Under the pieces are notes generated by a model that did no database searches, had not been told where the DNA came from, and was given only the letters and a program-made list of their open reading frames with translations. Shown here in pieces: positions 1-11,179 of a DNA stretch of 28,333 nucleotides (position 1 is its first letter; every line of letters starts with the position of its first letter). The DNA is taken from positions 1 through 28,333 of the forward strand of contig CAWGVG010000043.1 in assembly GCA_963825865.1 (NCBI GenBank), given 5' to 3'. The stretch comes from an uncultured Nitrososphaeraceae archaeon. GTDB lineage: Archaea; Thermoproteota; Nitrososphaeria; Nitrososphaerales; Nitrososphaeraceae. The position numbers were made by a program, and so were the translations under genes.

Positions 1-377
1 TCTGAAGACAGGATTCACAGAGTCTATGGAGAAATAAAAAAGAAAAAGCAGGAAGGAGGGAATCCAGTATGAAGATATAATACATGCCAAAGTTTAACAG
101 CATTTAAAAAATACCAAACGGATCTTTATAAAAAAGAAGAGAAGGTGATGCTATTTACATTAAGAAATATCCTTACCTGCTTCTACTTCTTATGAACAGC
201 CATAAGGGCCAGCGTTATAAGTATCGGGTCCAGATACAATACAATGTGGATCCATTCTCATGGCAAATACTTTTTGAATAGTACATACCATTAGGCGTGG
301 TTACAAAAGCAATTTCGCTTATTGTTGCTAACGCTGCCTAATGCTCGTACTAGACTCAATACCACATATTTTGTTTT

Positions 378-724
378 TTTGTTGATTTCTTTTGACCTCG
401 TGTTATCCTTTTCCAAGGATAACTTCATTTCTGTCAAAAGTTTTATTGCTTTGACATAATTGCGGATTGTAGATCCTGTGATTTCCTTTCTGTCAACACG
501 CTCTTTTTGAACTAGTAAGAAGTTTATTATGCTCCTGAAGGCCCAGTCATTATCCTTCTTTGCATTTTGTACGAAAACTCGGCAACATTCTTCTATATTA
601 GTACCCTTTCAATTCCAATAAAAGAGAAGAACCTATCAAGCCTTGTGGTATATCTATCTCTGGTTACTGGAGAATTCATCGCGTACCTAAATATTGAATA
701 GGGATCTAGGCATTCTTGTTCCAT
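378..724 (-). pseudogene. Tyrosine integrase N-terminal fragment (thaumarchaeal type), frameshifted and truncated
   Basis: Manual translation from ATG 724: MEQECLDPYSIFRYAMNSPVTRDRYTTRLDRFFSFIGIE/GTNIEECCRVFVQNAKKDNDWAFRSIINFLLVQKERVDRKEITGSTIRNYVKAIKLLTEM, matching the core-binding region of Nitrososphaeraceae integrases. The catalytic domain is absent. Left boundary approximate. Confidence 0.75.
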
Positions 725-1436
725 CAATTCTTTTTGTTTTCACCATATTGTTTGTGAAACCCACTAAAAAGGAGTGGGCCCAAGGGGTTAGGTCCCTGCA
801 TGCAAAGGGGTTCAATAGTCTAACGTATTAAGATTATTTTTCTTTCTCTAGAATAAATCGAATTCGTTGATCCTGTTGAATCTTTAGGTGTTATTTCAGT
901 TGATTAAAAACAGTTGAATTTTTTTCTAGCACAGCTACAACCTAAATAAATTAAGGTCTTTATCAGTTATACTAGGGAAGATTCTGATGCAGTAATAAGG
1001 CTTCATAAGAACATATCGAAGGTAGTTGATATTGGTAAGCTTTCCCCTATCGAGTAAGTCCCCGGACCCAATGTAACTAGAGTGCCACTTTCACTTCTGC
1101 TAATTTACTGACCATATCGGAAATTTTTGAATTCAAAGTTTATTGATACGAGTTCAACTAATTTTTTGCTACCTACTTAGTTTATACTATGCCCATCAAA
1201 CCTTTTAGAATGTCAACTTTATCGCTTTTCTTATCTGCTCTCTCTGGTCCTTGCGCTTAAATGTGTGCCAATATACTTCTTTGTTAGTGGATTTATCTTT
1301 AAATCTCCATTCGTTCTCTCTGATAATACCTAGAGTAATCGAAAAAGAAAGAAAGCTATATCTTTTTCTATTATTATACTTCTTCAAAAAGAAAAAGTTG
1401 GATATATATATGCGTTCTTTTGAAGCTTTTCGCTAT

Positions 1437-1852
1437 TCACGATGCTAAATGTGCACAAATCACGGTCGCTAGGAAGTCTGCTGGTTCTGGAGTAGTATTC
1501 TTGGCATCTACTACCCAACCCGCTGGTCCACCAGTAGAATCTATAATTGCGATTGGCTTGTAGTCTTTGATGTGAAATCCTCCTCCGGTTGCAACAGTAC
1601 CTTGCGGACAATATACTGCATTTTGTCCAGATTGTCCTGGTTGAAGTGTAGTATATTTGCCAGTCGATATGGCGTCTATTTGGATATGTATATTACGTAT
1701 AGGCGCCCCAGGGTGGCACTGATAGCAAATGCCGAGTGTTGGTCTAGCGTTCCTATTGCTGTTCCAATAGCAAAAGTTACTGCTAGGCCGATCGCTAATG
1801 GAGAGAGTTTCGGTGTCCTAATTCCGTTTAGAAGTTTTTGCTTTATTGACAT
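1437..1852 (-). pseudogene. Secreted small Cys-containing protein, frameshifted
   Basis: Signal-peptide-like MSIKQKLLNGIRTPKLSPLAIGLAVTFAIGTAIGTLDQHSAFA; stop at 1676-1678; another frame continues ...GQNAVYCPQGTVATGGGFHIK...AGWVVDAKN...FLATVICAHLAS*. Confidence 0.6.
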
Positions 1853-2185
1853 CTCTAGGAACGAGGAACACTACACAGTATATGAAATTATATGGACAAT
1901 GATTATGATTTTTCAGTTGGTAATTAGAAAGTTAAGCAATATACATACATACATGAATCTATCAACGTATTTTGTTCGCGATAGTCAATTTGTGAATTGC
2001 CGCCACTGCTCATGCAATAATTGATGTGTTGGTGATTGGAAACAATGTCGCTTATACGCAATAGAGTTACATTGATGAAAGGCGAGTCTGCAAATTGACC
2101 CTCTATGCCGAATTCTGTGCATTCAACTACAACGGGATAATGATATCCTAACAATGCAAGATTGAACTGATGCGCTATATTGCGC

Positions 2186-2966
2186 ATCGAGGATTCGTTG
2201 AAACAGAGTAAGATGAGTTAAATTGTGACGACAGAAATATGCTAATACGTACAGGCGAAATTGTGAAATCTAAGTAAGCTTTGATGTATCCTGGCTAGCA
2301 ATAGCACTCCTCCTCTTGGTTTTGGAACATCTCTATTAGTTGTGGTGATATTTCTATACAAACTGAATATCCGGCTGATAGATATGGGAAAATGATTCTG
2401 TAAGCATTTGCTATCTATTACAACTTCTTTTTTAAACTTGTATTTTCTAAATTTTTAACGTTCTCATTTTTGATAAGGACTATTTGAAAGCAAATAAATG
2501 GCAACAAGCATATCATTGTGGTAAGACAGTAACAGCTTTACAAATTGTCACGTTATAGTTAGATATATAGTTGCCATGTAATTTTCTATACTAGCCTAGT
2601 CTTAATCCAGATATTTTCAAAGAAACTGGCAGAGCACTGGTCCCAAACCTTCGCCCAGGATCGAAGATTCGTTAAAACAATCCAAGATAGGTGTGAAGTT
2701 GTGACTGCAGAAATATGTTAATACTAACGCGCACACACACATAGACGAATTGTTAAAAGCTAAGTATCATATCTTATTCTCACTAGTACAGATCCTTTAG
2801 GCTTTGGAATAGCTCTGTTATCTATATGGTGATATTCCCATAACAACCTGAATATACAGCTGATAATGACAGGAACATGATTATGCAAGCATTTGCTATC
2901 TATTACAACTTGTTTTTTAAACCTGTATTTTCTAAATTTCCGTTATTCATCGGATTTGGTAAGGAC
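2186..2966. repeat. Diverged tandem duplication of an ~300-bp unit (2186-2480 and 2660-2966)
   Basis: Collinear similarity, with an identical 25-mer aagcatttgctatctattacaactt at 2402 and 2887. A partial third copy at about 3396-3446 shares catagacgaattg with 2740. Confidence 0.85.
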
Positions 2967-3683
2967 CCAAAAGAGGTATTGTATGGTATTAGATGATAAC
3001 AAGACGGATCTAAAAACAGTATATTTTATATCCATTCATCCATGCGTTATATGAAGCATAGGTCTAGCTATTTGATAACGATCATGTAAAAAAAATGGGA
3101 CCATATAGAGGGGTATTACAAAAATTAGCTGTAGTACTTCCAGAATAACTATTCCAAGCAATATTCGAAAGCTTCAGCAATTCGCCAATCATTCCATTGT
3201 CTCCTTATATTGACTTTCATTTGGTCTTGACCTTCTATTGCTTTTAACTTGCTCTTTGTCATTTGGGCCGGAATTCCCTACTATTGTTACTAATCCTTGT
3301 GTAGACTTCTTTTGTACATCCGATAGTTCCGATCTATCCTCTCGCTTGCTATATCATTAATGGAGTATTTGGTTAGAAACTGACTAATGATGGCTGATAT
3401 ATGTTAACCACCTACACAGGCATAGACGAATTGGTAAAAGCCACATATATTGACTTTTTAGAATATGAAAAAGTCCTCATTTTCAATATTCCATAACTCC
3501 GAATAGCTCTTTTCCTTACTCTGTCATCTTATCGGGATCGATTAAGTGACCGTCAGGAAACAATCTTCTGACAAGTGCATCCGCATACTCTTGGTTTGGA
3601 TACTCTTCGCATTACTACTATTAGTAATTTCTATACATTACTCTGTATCCTTTGAACTGTATAAGTTTGTAATGGTAACTATT

Positions 3684-3866
3684 CTAAATATAACATACGT
3701 TAAACGTTAAGAATACAATTTGACAACTTTTCATTTTTCTGCCATAATGATTGTTAAAATACACCCTTAGAATTTTGGTCTCTTTTTTGACCTGTTCTAC
3801 TTTTTCAACCCATGGTTTTAGTTCTTCTTTTGTATACAGGTAATTATACCAATAATGACCTTTCAT
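3684..3866 (-). pseudogene. DUF72 family C-terminal fragment
   Basis: YNYLYTKEELKPW...LRVYFNNHYG matches the DUF72 C-terminal motif; the N-terminal part is missing. Confidence 0.75.
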
Positions 3867-3970
3867 GTCTTGTATTCTATATTTTCTTTCAGGATGCGGT
3901 GGTATATCAATGTCAACTTTGTCCTAACATTTGATAATACTAATTTTAATCCCAGTGGTGATTTACCATA

Positions 3971-4279
3971 TTGCATCATTTGATTACAATACGCCAGGAT
4001 TTGAATGCAATCACTTCAATATTGTACCAGACTTTCGAAATACCTCCATTTAAAAGGGACTATGATGCTGCATTTGGAGAAATTACCGCTATCCTATACC
4101 GTTATGGAATTATGGAAAATCCAAGAAATTTACGTTATAGATTTACTTTGTGTATGCAAGAGTTTTTTGATTCTATTCCTCAAGATCAGTGGAGGACAAG
4201 TGATCCTACTTTTATCAAGCAATCTGAAGAATTTGCAATTACAAAATTCAAAGACTGGGTAATAGAACAGATTACATAA
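3971..4279 (+). CDS. Hypothetical protein
   Basis: 102-aa ORF with globular composition; no recognised motif. Confidence 0.5.
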   Translation: MHHLITIRQDLNAITSILYQTFEIPPFKRDYDAAFGEITAILYRYGIMENPRNLRYRFTLCMQEFFDSIPQDQWRTSDPTFIKQSEEFAITKFKDWVIEQIT

Positions 4280-4527
4280 ATGGCAATAATTGGATAATAA
4301 TAATAAAACATGATTGTATTTGCAACACCTTAAACTTTTTGAAATGATCATTTGGTAAAAATAATGGCTAGAAAATTAACTCTCTCAAGTGAATGTTGTG
4401 TGAGCATTATAATGAAACATGATCTCAAAAGACATTTTCAGAAACTTTAGAGTCTATGTCTCTGCTATGCGTAATAATAGCAGAGAATGTGTGTCTTTTG
4501 CTTTCTTTGTAGTTGCTTCTTTTTTTT

Positions 4528-5074
4528 CTACTGACAGAAAGTTTTCGTAGTGTCTCTTGATGTTTGCTCCAATGTTTTTGTGCTGTTAACGCCTATTCTA
4601 GAAAACTCCTTTACATTATCTCTTGCAGTTTGAACAGACGTCTTGAATGCTTCTAGGTTTGCAAACACAGCATTGTTTACTAATTTAGTTACCGCAATTG
4701 TATTGTCTGCAAAAGCGCTAACTAATCTTGCGTAGTGTTCAGTCACATGTCTTGGAGATGTCCAATTTGATGTAACTGCTCTATTTGCTACGTCTATCTG
4801 TGGTACGAATGCTGACTGCAGTGAATTGATAATTTCCCTTTGACATTCTAAGTAGTTATCTGCCATCTGTCTGGCTGCTTGAATAGTTTCCTCTTGATAC
4901 TCGTTGACAATCTGAGTATAACGTGGGATATCTTTCCTTGCTTCATCTGTTGTTCTTCTGATGTTGTTCTTGGTTTCATCTAGTGCTTTATTGATATCTT
5001 TTTGTGTGTACTTGTTGTTGTGATGTTGTTACTTCTTCTTGTTCTTGTCTTCTTTGATCTTTAGTTGTTGACAT
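4528..5074 (-). pseudogene. Thaumarchaeal helical conserved hypothetical protein (phasin-like composition), frameshifted near the 5' end
   Basis: ATG 5074 gives MSTTKDQRRQEQEE...; a shifted frame gives DINKALDETKNNIRRTTDEARKDIPRYTQIVNEYQEETIQAARQMADNYLE, continuing into ORF 4528-4866. Confidence 0.65.
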
Positions 5075-5602
5075 ATTTATCCCTATTATATATATATATA
5101 TATAGTATTGAGTATATAGGAATGACCATAGAACAGTTCCTCTGCTATGTACTGACAGCAGCATCTTCTTTTTAGGTTTTAGCTATTCACTACTACCTTT
5201 ACCATAGATAATCCGTTATTACTTACTGGTAACAATAATCTTAAGAAGTAAATCTGATAGGAGAAAACATTTCTAGTAATTGCATAATCCCGATTGCATA
5301 CAGTATGCTAATGATAGCATATCTAATAGAAATACTGGTTACATAAGTATTACAAGCTTGTTTCATGTTGTATTGAAATACAGTAGTGTATAGCCTTAGT
5401 TAGTTATTACATAACCAAAGCTTACAGCTGTAAAAATGCAATATGTTAACAAGAACTTCGAGAGTATTTCAAAACAGACATAAATTTATTGCAATTCTTG
5501 GATTGATTCGGTTATGTTCTACTTTCAAAGAAGATCTTGTGTTTTGGTTTCAAATATAATTTATTGAACATTTCCACGCCTCCCCTTGTAACTTAAATTC
5601 CA

Positions 5603-5899
5603 TCAATACACTGCTTGTATTAACGGCAATCCAATTTTGTGTCCTACTTCAATGTGAGCTGTAAGGTCTGTAAGAGAAGTAAAAATATCATCATTATCAT
5701 CATAATATCCTTTGAATGATTCAAAGACATTCTGTAAGATATTCTTTTTCATCTTTAGATCCATGTCAATTTTTATTTCTTCCCCATCAAAGTATTTTTT
5801 GCTTGCATCTTTGAGTGCATTCTTTGCTGCCGCAAAAACAATTCTAGGTAGAGGGGGAAAAGTATTTTCAAAAGTAAAATCATCTACTAGTTTAAGCAT
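5603..5899 (-). CDS. Hypothetical protein or fragment
   Basis: 98-aa ORF with protein-like composition; no motif recognised. Confidence 0.4.
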   Translation of the reverse strand: MLKLVDDFTFENTFPPLPRIVFAAAKNALKDASKKYFDGEEIKIDMDLKMKKNILQNVFESFKGYYDDNDDIFTSLTDLTAHIEVGHKIGLPLIQAVY

Positions 5900-5941
5900 T
5901 TAAAGGATATGAATTGATTTTCATAAATGGAAGATCAGGAT

Positions 5942-6289
5942 TTAAGAAACTATTACTTGTAAGTGATGCATTTTCAGTAGTAACTTATGTACTATGACAA
6001 TGACAATGCAAGGATCTGATTTTGTAATATATGTTGGACCTGGCGTAATTGGTAATTGTATAGGAATAATATCCTTCCATTGACCATTTATCAAATGTAA
6101 ATCACTGTGACATAGGCCTGCGGTTGCTACTTTAACTAAAACTTGCTCCCCTGTGGATATTCTCGGTTTTGGAATATCATCGATAGATAGCGGTCTTTGG
6201 TATTCGTGAATCCTTGCAGAAAGAATAGTGGTAGCATTCTTTTCCTGATCCTTGTTGTTGCGGTCATAGATATCTCTCTCTTGTCCCAT
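5942..6289 (-). pseudogene. Zn-dependent alcohol dehydrogenase (MDR) N-terminal fragment
   Basis: VLVKVATAGLCHSDLHLINGQW...PITPG; similarity stops just before the HE of the GHE motif. Confidence 0.85.
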
Positions 6290-6722
6290 GATAATACTCT
6301 AGGAATAATATTTAGTGACAACTATTTTTATGAATTCCCGATGTTATAATGAGGAAATCTATTACAAAGATAGCTTCAGAATCAAACGATGATTATTATG
6401 ATTACACAATTGCAACATTGTGCGAGGCGCTCCTTCCTTTTATGCTTACAATTTGTTACTTTACCGTCAGAAAGAAAAATTCAAGTTACTAAAGATTTAG
6501 TTCTTGATGTAATTATGCCTGGTTTAGAAAGCTTGAGGAGAAAGCCTGACAAATCAAGAATATATATAAGAAAAACATCTATTTTTCAGTTGTAATAGAG
6601 TCGCTCAGGTTAATATGACGTAAAAAGTCCTGTAGCAAATCCTGAGTTCATTTTTGAACAATCCAGAAAAGCTCCCAACTTTGACAAAGGAGCTAGCAGA
6701 CCTTCATAACATGTTTCCTTTT

Positions 6723-7379
6723 TTATTCTATCTTTATCTGCTTTCCTTTTGGTTTTGTCTGTTCTTTTTTCTTGAATGCTATTTCAAGTATACCATTTTT
6801 ATAAGTTGACGTCACTGTTTCAATATCTGTTTCAGGAGGTATTTCAATAACTTCATGATATTTTCTATCTGTGCCAGTAGTTGTTACTTCTAATGAATTA
6901 TCATAGACATTCACCTTGATATTCTCTTTGCTAACACCTGGCATTTCTACTACCACTTTTACCTCCTTATCTGTAGTTGTTACGTCTGCTAAAGGTTCCC
7001 GTTCAGATGATACAAGTGGCCTAGTGAAAAAGCCTCTGCTACTAAATGGTGATTTAACATTGCCAAATTCTCTTACTTTTGGTCTACCATCAGGGCCTAT
7101 AGTCATAGAATAACCATAAACAAATGGCCCATATTCTCTTACTTTACCTCCAGTAGATGTTTCATATTCTTTTACGAGGTCTTTTGGTGCTTTACTCTCT
7201 ATATCTTTAAACTGTTGTTCAAATTGTCTTTCCATTTCTTTTCTCATATCATCAAATCCCCTGAAAATATCAGGAAAACCAAAAAATCCTCCTCCTCTTC
7301 CGCCACTTCTGCTACCACCACCAAAGAATCTATTGAACCAATCAAATGGTTCTATGTCACGATCTTCTGCCGAACTCAT
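6723..7379 (-). CDS. hsp20: Archaeal small heat-shock protein Hsp20
   Basis: GPFVYGYSMTIGPDGRP archaeal sHSP motif, alpha-crystallin domain (EPLADV...VVEMPGV...YKNGILEI) and C-terminal IKIE; intact. Confidence 0.95.
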   Translation of the reverse strand: MSSAEDRDIEPFDWFNRFFGGGSRSGGRGGGFFGFPDIFRGFDDMRKEMERQFEQQFKDIESKAPKDLVKEYETSTGGKVREYGPFVYGYSMTIGPDGRPKVREFGNVKSPFSSRGFFTRPLVSSEREPLADVTTTDKEVKVVVEMPGVSKENIKVNVYDNSLEVTTTGTDRKYHEVIEIPPETDIETVTSTYKNGILEIAFKKKEQTKPKGKQIKIE

Positions 7380-7546
7380 ATATTTCTCAACCTCCTAGTG
7401 CGGGATAGTATCTTAAAAATGTCGTGGCTAAGAATAGACAAAAAAGGGAAATCGCAGCAAAAGACATTTGCTTCATTACATTTGACTAAATCAAGGGAAC
7501 ATATGACACTTAAACTAAATTCTATTCGGAGTATGATGTTAGAGCG

Positions 7547-7759
7547 TTGAGATATACTATTTTTGTCAAATTCGATTCAAGTGGAAAAATTGACGTTAAT
7601 GGGAACGAAATAAGTGTATCATTGAGATCTAAGCCAGAAAGAAACAAAGCAAATATGGAACTCATAGAAAAGATAGCGGATTATTTTGGGACATCTAAAG
7701 ACAAGATACATATTATTTCAGGTATAACTTCCACTAAAAAATTAGTTGATATCTACTAA
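7547..7759 (+). CDS. DUF167 / UPF0235 (YggU-like) protein
   Basis: KPERNKANMELIEKIADYFG...IISGITSTKKLV motif; divergent from hsp20. Confidence 0.85.
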   Translation: MRYTIFVKFDSSGKIDVNGNEISVSLRSKPERNKANMELIEKIADYFGTSKDKIHIISGITSTKKLVDIY

Positions 7760-7889
7760 GGATATGGAAGGAAGTGTTGATGCTGATATTATCGCTACAG
7801 CAAATGCAAGACCTATGATTATTGTTTGCATGTATTATCACAAGTAATTGCGAGTCTCTAGAAGAAATAAAAATTCGTGAACTTCTATC

Positions 7890-8069
7890 TCAAGGTTTAT
7901 GATATTGTTGTTGTTCCTTTCCATTCTTCACTTCGAATTGCGCTAGAGCCTGGTATGACGCCATAAATCTTTTGTGATGGGTTATCATCAGGTGCTCCAC
8001 AAGTTCATGGATATGAGGCCCTGGTGCTAGTATCTCGCATTTGCATTTTTTGCAGATATATTTACTCAT
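7890..8069 (-). CDS. Small C2H2-type zinc-finger protein (59 aa, not in ORF track)
   Basis: MSKYICKKCKCEILAPGPHIHELVEHLMITHHKRFMASYQALAQFEVKNGKEQQQYHKP*, with YxCxxC...LxxHxxxxH spacing. Confidence 0.6.
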   Translation of the reverse strand: MSKYICKKCKCEILAPGPHIHELVEHLMITHHKRFMASYQALAQFEVKNGKEQQQYHKP

Positions 8070-8532
8070 TTTCTTCTTTCACTCAGGCTCGGAAAGAGAG
8101 ATTTCTAATGGCGATTGTATATTTAGGAATTTAGGAAATTTGGAGAAAACTACCATGCATATTTTTTCTTTTGCGGCATAGTCATAGTTTTCTGTTGCTC
8201 CCCCAGTCGTCTTCCATGTTAAACTCTAAGTGAATTGTGAATTTTGGATACGATTATTCTTCAATTGATAGTGTTACCAATCATTAGATTGACAATGAAA
8301 TCGGAATATTTTTATAAATATGGTATATTTTATATTAATATTATTTAGATATCAATAGAACAAACAAATAAACAATAGATCAAATTATAAACATGTAATC
8401 CCCATATGCTAATTTATGGAACGTAATAAACAGCCTTTACGAGACCATAATAGCAACTTTAAGTTGGCAGTTACAATCATGATTGAAAAGCAAAGATGTA
8501 CCTCTAATCCTTTCAGGTAGGAGTTTATTTTT

Positions 8533-9027
8533 ATGATAGACTATTTTGAAATGGATCGTGTAATTGAAGAACTTGCGAAAGCGTATCCTGCTCAATGCGC
8601 AACCACATGGTTCAAGATAACAAAAAATCACAAGCCTACCAAGGAAGAATATCGTGATAAAGTAGTAGAATACATGAAGCAATTTGAATACTTGCTAGCT
8701 ACTTATCCGCAATGCCTTGAAACAGACAAGCTCGAAGAACTTGTTAAGAAATCTCTAGATAATGAAATAGAAAAGGTGCTTCAGGGAAATAATAACGATG
8801 TCGAAAGGCGTTACAAACACTACGTTGAGAATTCTCCATCAGAATCCAAAAATATTTTGGAAAAAGAAGTTACTGAAAAACGTCCCGACAGAGATGCTGT
8901 TTTGATAGAAAAAAGTCAAGAAAATGAAAATAATACGGGGCAAGAGCGGGAACAACAAGAGATTCAATATGAAAAGAGTGTAGAGGAGCGTATACGTAAG
9001 AAGAAGAAGATGATGATATCAAGTTAA
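8533..9027 (+). CDS. Hypothetical protein with charged C-terminal tail
   Basis: 164-aa ORF, preceded by an AGGAG-like RBS at about 8519-8523. Confidence 0.7.
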   Translation: MIDYFEMDRVIEELAKAYPAQCATTWFKITKNHKPTKEEYRDKVVEYMKQFEYLLATYPQCLETDKLEELVKKSLDNEIEKVLQGNNNDVERRYKHYVENSPSESKNILEKEVTEKRPDRDAVLIEKSQENENNTGQEREQQEIQYEKSVEERIRKKKKMMISS

Positions 9028-9887
9028 GAAAAGAATAAGAAAAGAATAAGAAATATCAAAAGAAATGGCTCCTAACTATTTTCCATTAAGAAAAAGAATG
9101 TTCTAGGAGGTAAGATTGTTTTGGCTTATAGTAAATTATATATTTTTATTGAATATTAATGAAGTGTTGTAGTAGCAGCAGTCTATAGTTACCAAGAATG
9201 AAACTAATACTGCAGATATAACAGCAGCTACTATAATTACAATAACAAGGATTTGTTGCGTATTCATTACAAGAACAATACTTTTAGTATGTGCCTCTGG
9301 GGTAAATTTGTTTACAACGTGTGATCGGTCACGCTGATAGTCACAGTCATACGCTCAAAGTGTTATATCCATGAACACAGAGACAGTTATTTTAATTAGA
9401 TACATTTCTGTGGACCACTGTTGTTAATCTGCCTGATCTAAGAACATACTTGAAAATTACAATTAATGTCATAGCTCTTAAATTGCCTTCTATTCTATGT
9501 CCAAGCAAAAACAATCCAATTGCGATAGACCACAAAATAACACCTTTTATAGGATTTGTATGCAAGCCAAACAAATCGCCTAAAATTAAGGCTATTCCCG
9601 TAACATAAATAGGAGATCATATAAGATTTTATTAATTGTATGTCTGTGACTACTTTTTATATGTCTATAGATTAAGCACTCTTTAATCTATTTAACTCGT
9701 TAGGAGGATTACCTTCAAGCCTTTCAAAGTTTTTTCCATAACTACCAAATTTACCAAAAATTTGTTCAAACTGATTCTGACATGTGTTACCAATATTCAG
9801 TATCGTAGGTCTGGAATGCAGAGGTGTGTTATGTATATTTCTTTCTATCTCTATTTTTATGTACGTCATATATCATAGGATCCAATT

Positions 9888-10240
9888 TCATCTACAAACT
9901 ATCACCATAGCAGCTGAAGCTGATGCCATAGCAATTATGGTAACAAGAGCAATTACATTTGAAATCTTGTTGTTTACTTTGTCACGAAGGATCTTTTTGT
10001 TATTTGCAATTTTCACAATAATTATCAAAAGTGGTACTGATACTATACCATTTATGACTGCTGTATAGATCAAAGCATGAATAGGATCAATACTTGAGAA
10101 GTTGATCCATAGTCCTGTAACTGTAGATGCAATAATGATTCCATAAAACCTAGGTCCCTGTAAGAATTTCTTGGATAGCCCTTCACTCCATCCAAAACAT
10201 TCTGATACTGCATATGAAGCACTAGCTACCCGTACAGCTG
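9888..10240 (-). pseudogene. NRAMP/MntH-like divalent metal transporter C-terminal fragment
   Basis: ASASYAVSECFGWSEGLSKKF...FYGIII...IDPIHALIYTAVINGIVSVPLL matches the last TM helices; the N-terminal DPG motif is absent. Confidence 0.8.
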
Positions 10241-10835
10241 GACCTATTGGTTGAATGCTTATGGAGAATTTCTGCGCCGAAAATGACTGAAGATCGGTAT
10301 GCAGTGTTTTGGAAGCCTTGGTTAAATTGGGCACGGCAGCAGCAAGAGCGACAACAAGATAGAGAAAAAGTGAATATAGGAGAATAATAATAAATGTAAT
10401 AAGTTCTATTGCGTAGGTCACTATTATAGGTATAATTGGATTAATCTTTGTGACTGTAAGATTTTTTATATTCTGACAACTTGGAATAGTCTATAGATAT
10501 TGGAATACATTCAGCAAAAGGCAGATGAGAAAAAGAAATTAGAGGAAGAAATCCAAAAGTTAAAGGACCAAATCAAAATTTTGAAGGACGAAAAATCAAG
10601 TAGTTCCTTTCTCAAAAGAGTTAATTATTGCACGAAAAATACAGGGAGCTTGGCTTGTAAAAATCAAAGATGCTGGTCATGCATTATTCGTGCAATATCC
10701 AGATAAGTTCAATAGAGTATTACAAACATTTCTTTCGACCACAACACCCTCTAGTTGATGAAGCAAGGCAAAGACTAAGATAGGATTTCTCTCCGCTAAT
10801 CTTGATTTGCATTGTATTCAATTCCCTATGGCATG

Positions 10836-11060
10836 TCAAGACCCAACTCTTTTCATCTTAGAACCACATTTAGGACATGCAGCTTGTTTGTGTTGTGTTC
10901 CGCAACTCATACAGTAATATTTTAATGAACTGTCTCCAAACATTGAAGATGGCGACATTGAACCAAACATTCCTACTCCTCCTCCCATTCCCATTCTTTT
11001 AATCATTCTCTTTCTCATATAGAAGTTAAGCAAAATGAAAACGTGAATGAAGTATGCCAT
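10836..11060 (-). CDS. Small membrane-anchored zinc-ribbon protein
   Basis: Hydrophobic N-terminus, Gly/Met linker and YYCMSCG...ACPKCGSKM. Confidence 0.7.
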   Translation of the reverse strand: MAYFIHVFILLNFYMRKRMIKRMGMGGGVGMFGSMSPSSMFGDSSLKYYCMSCGTQHKQAACPKCGSKMKRVGS

Positions 11061-11179
11061 AGTTCCACTTATTGAACAATATTACTTTGGAAAAAGAAAA
11101 GAAATACAAGAGAATAATAGACATGTGCGCTCCAATTCTAATTACATTTCCAGTCTAATGCTAACAAATTATCAAATAG

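Noticed and set aside
1572-2024. 150-aa plus-strand ORF
   Set aside because: Largely antisense to the frameshifted secreted protein at 1437-1852; no motif.
2186-3446. Possible CRISPR array
   Set aside because: Units are hundreds of bp long, diverged and only 2-3 in number; there is no repeat-spacer periodicity and no cas gene.
6916-7550. Plus-strand ORFs overlapping hsp20
   Set aside because: Antisense shadows of a confidently identified gene.
9025-9053. 11-bp tandem repeat taagaaaagaa
   Set aside because: Low-complexity purine-rich slippage with no supportable function.
9888-10421. 177-aa ORF as a complete transporter
   Set aside because: Only the C-terminal part resembles NRAMP; the N-terminal part appears to be fortuitously in frame.
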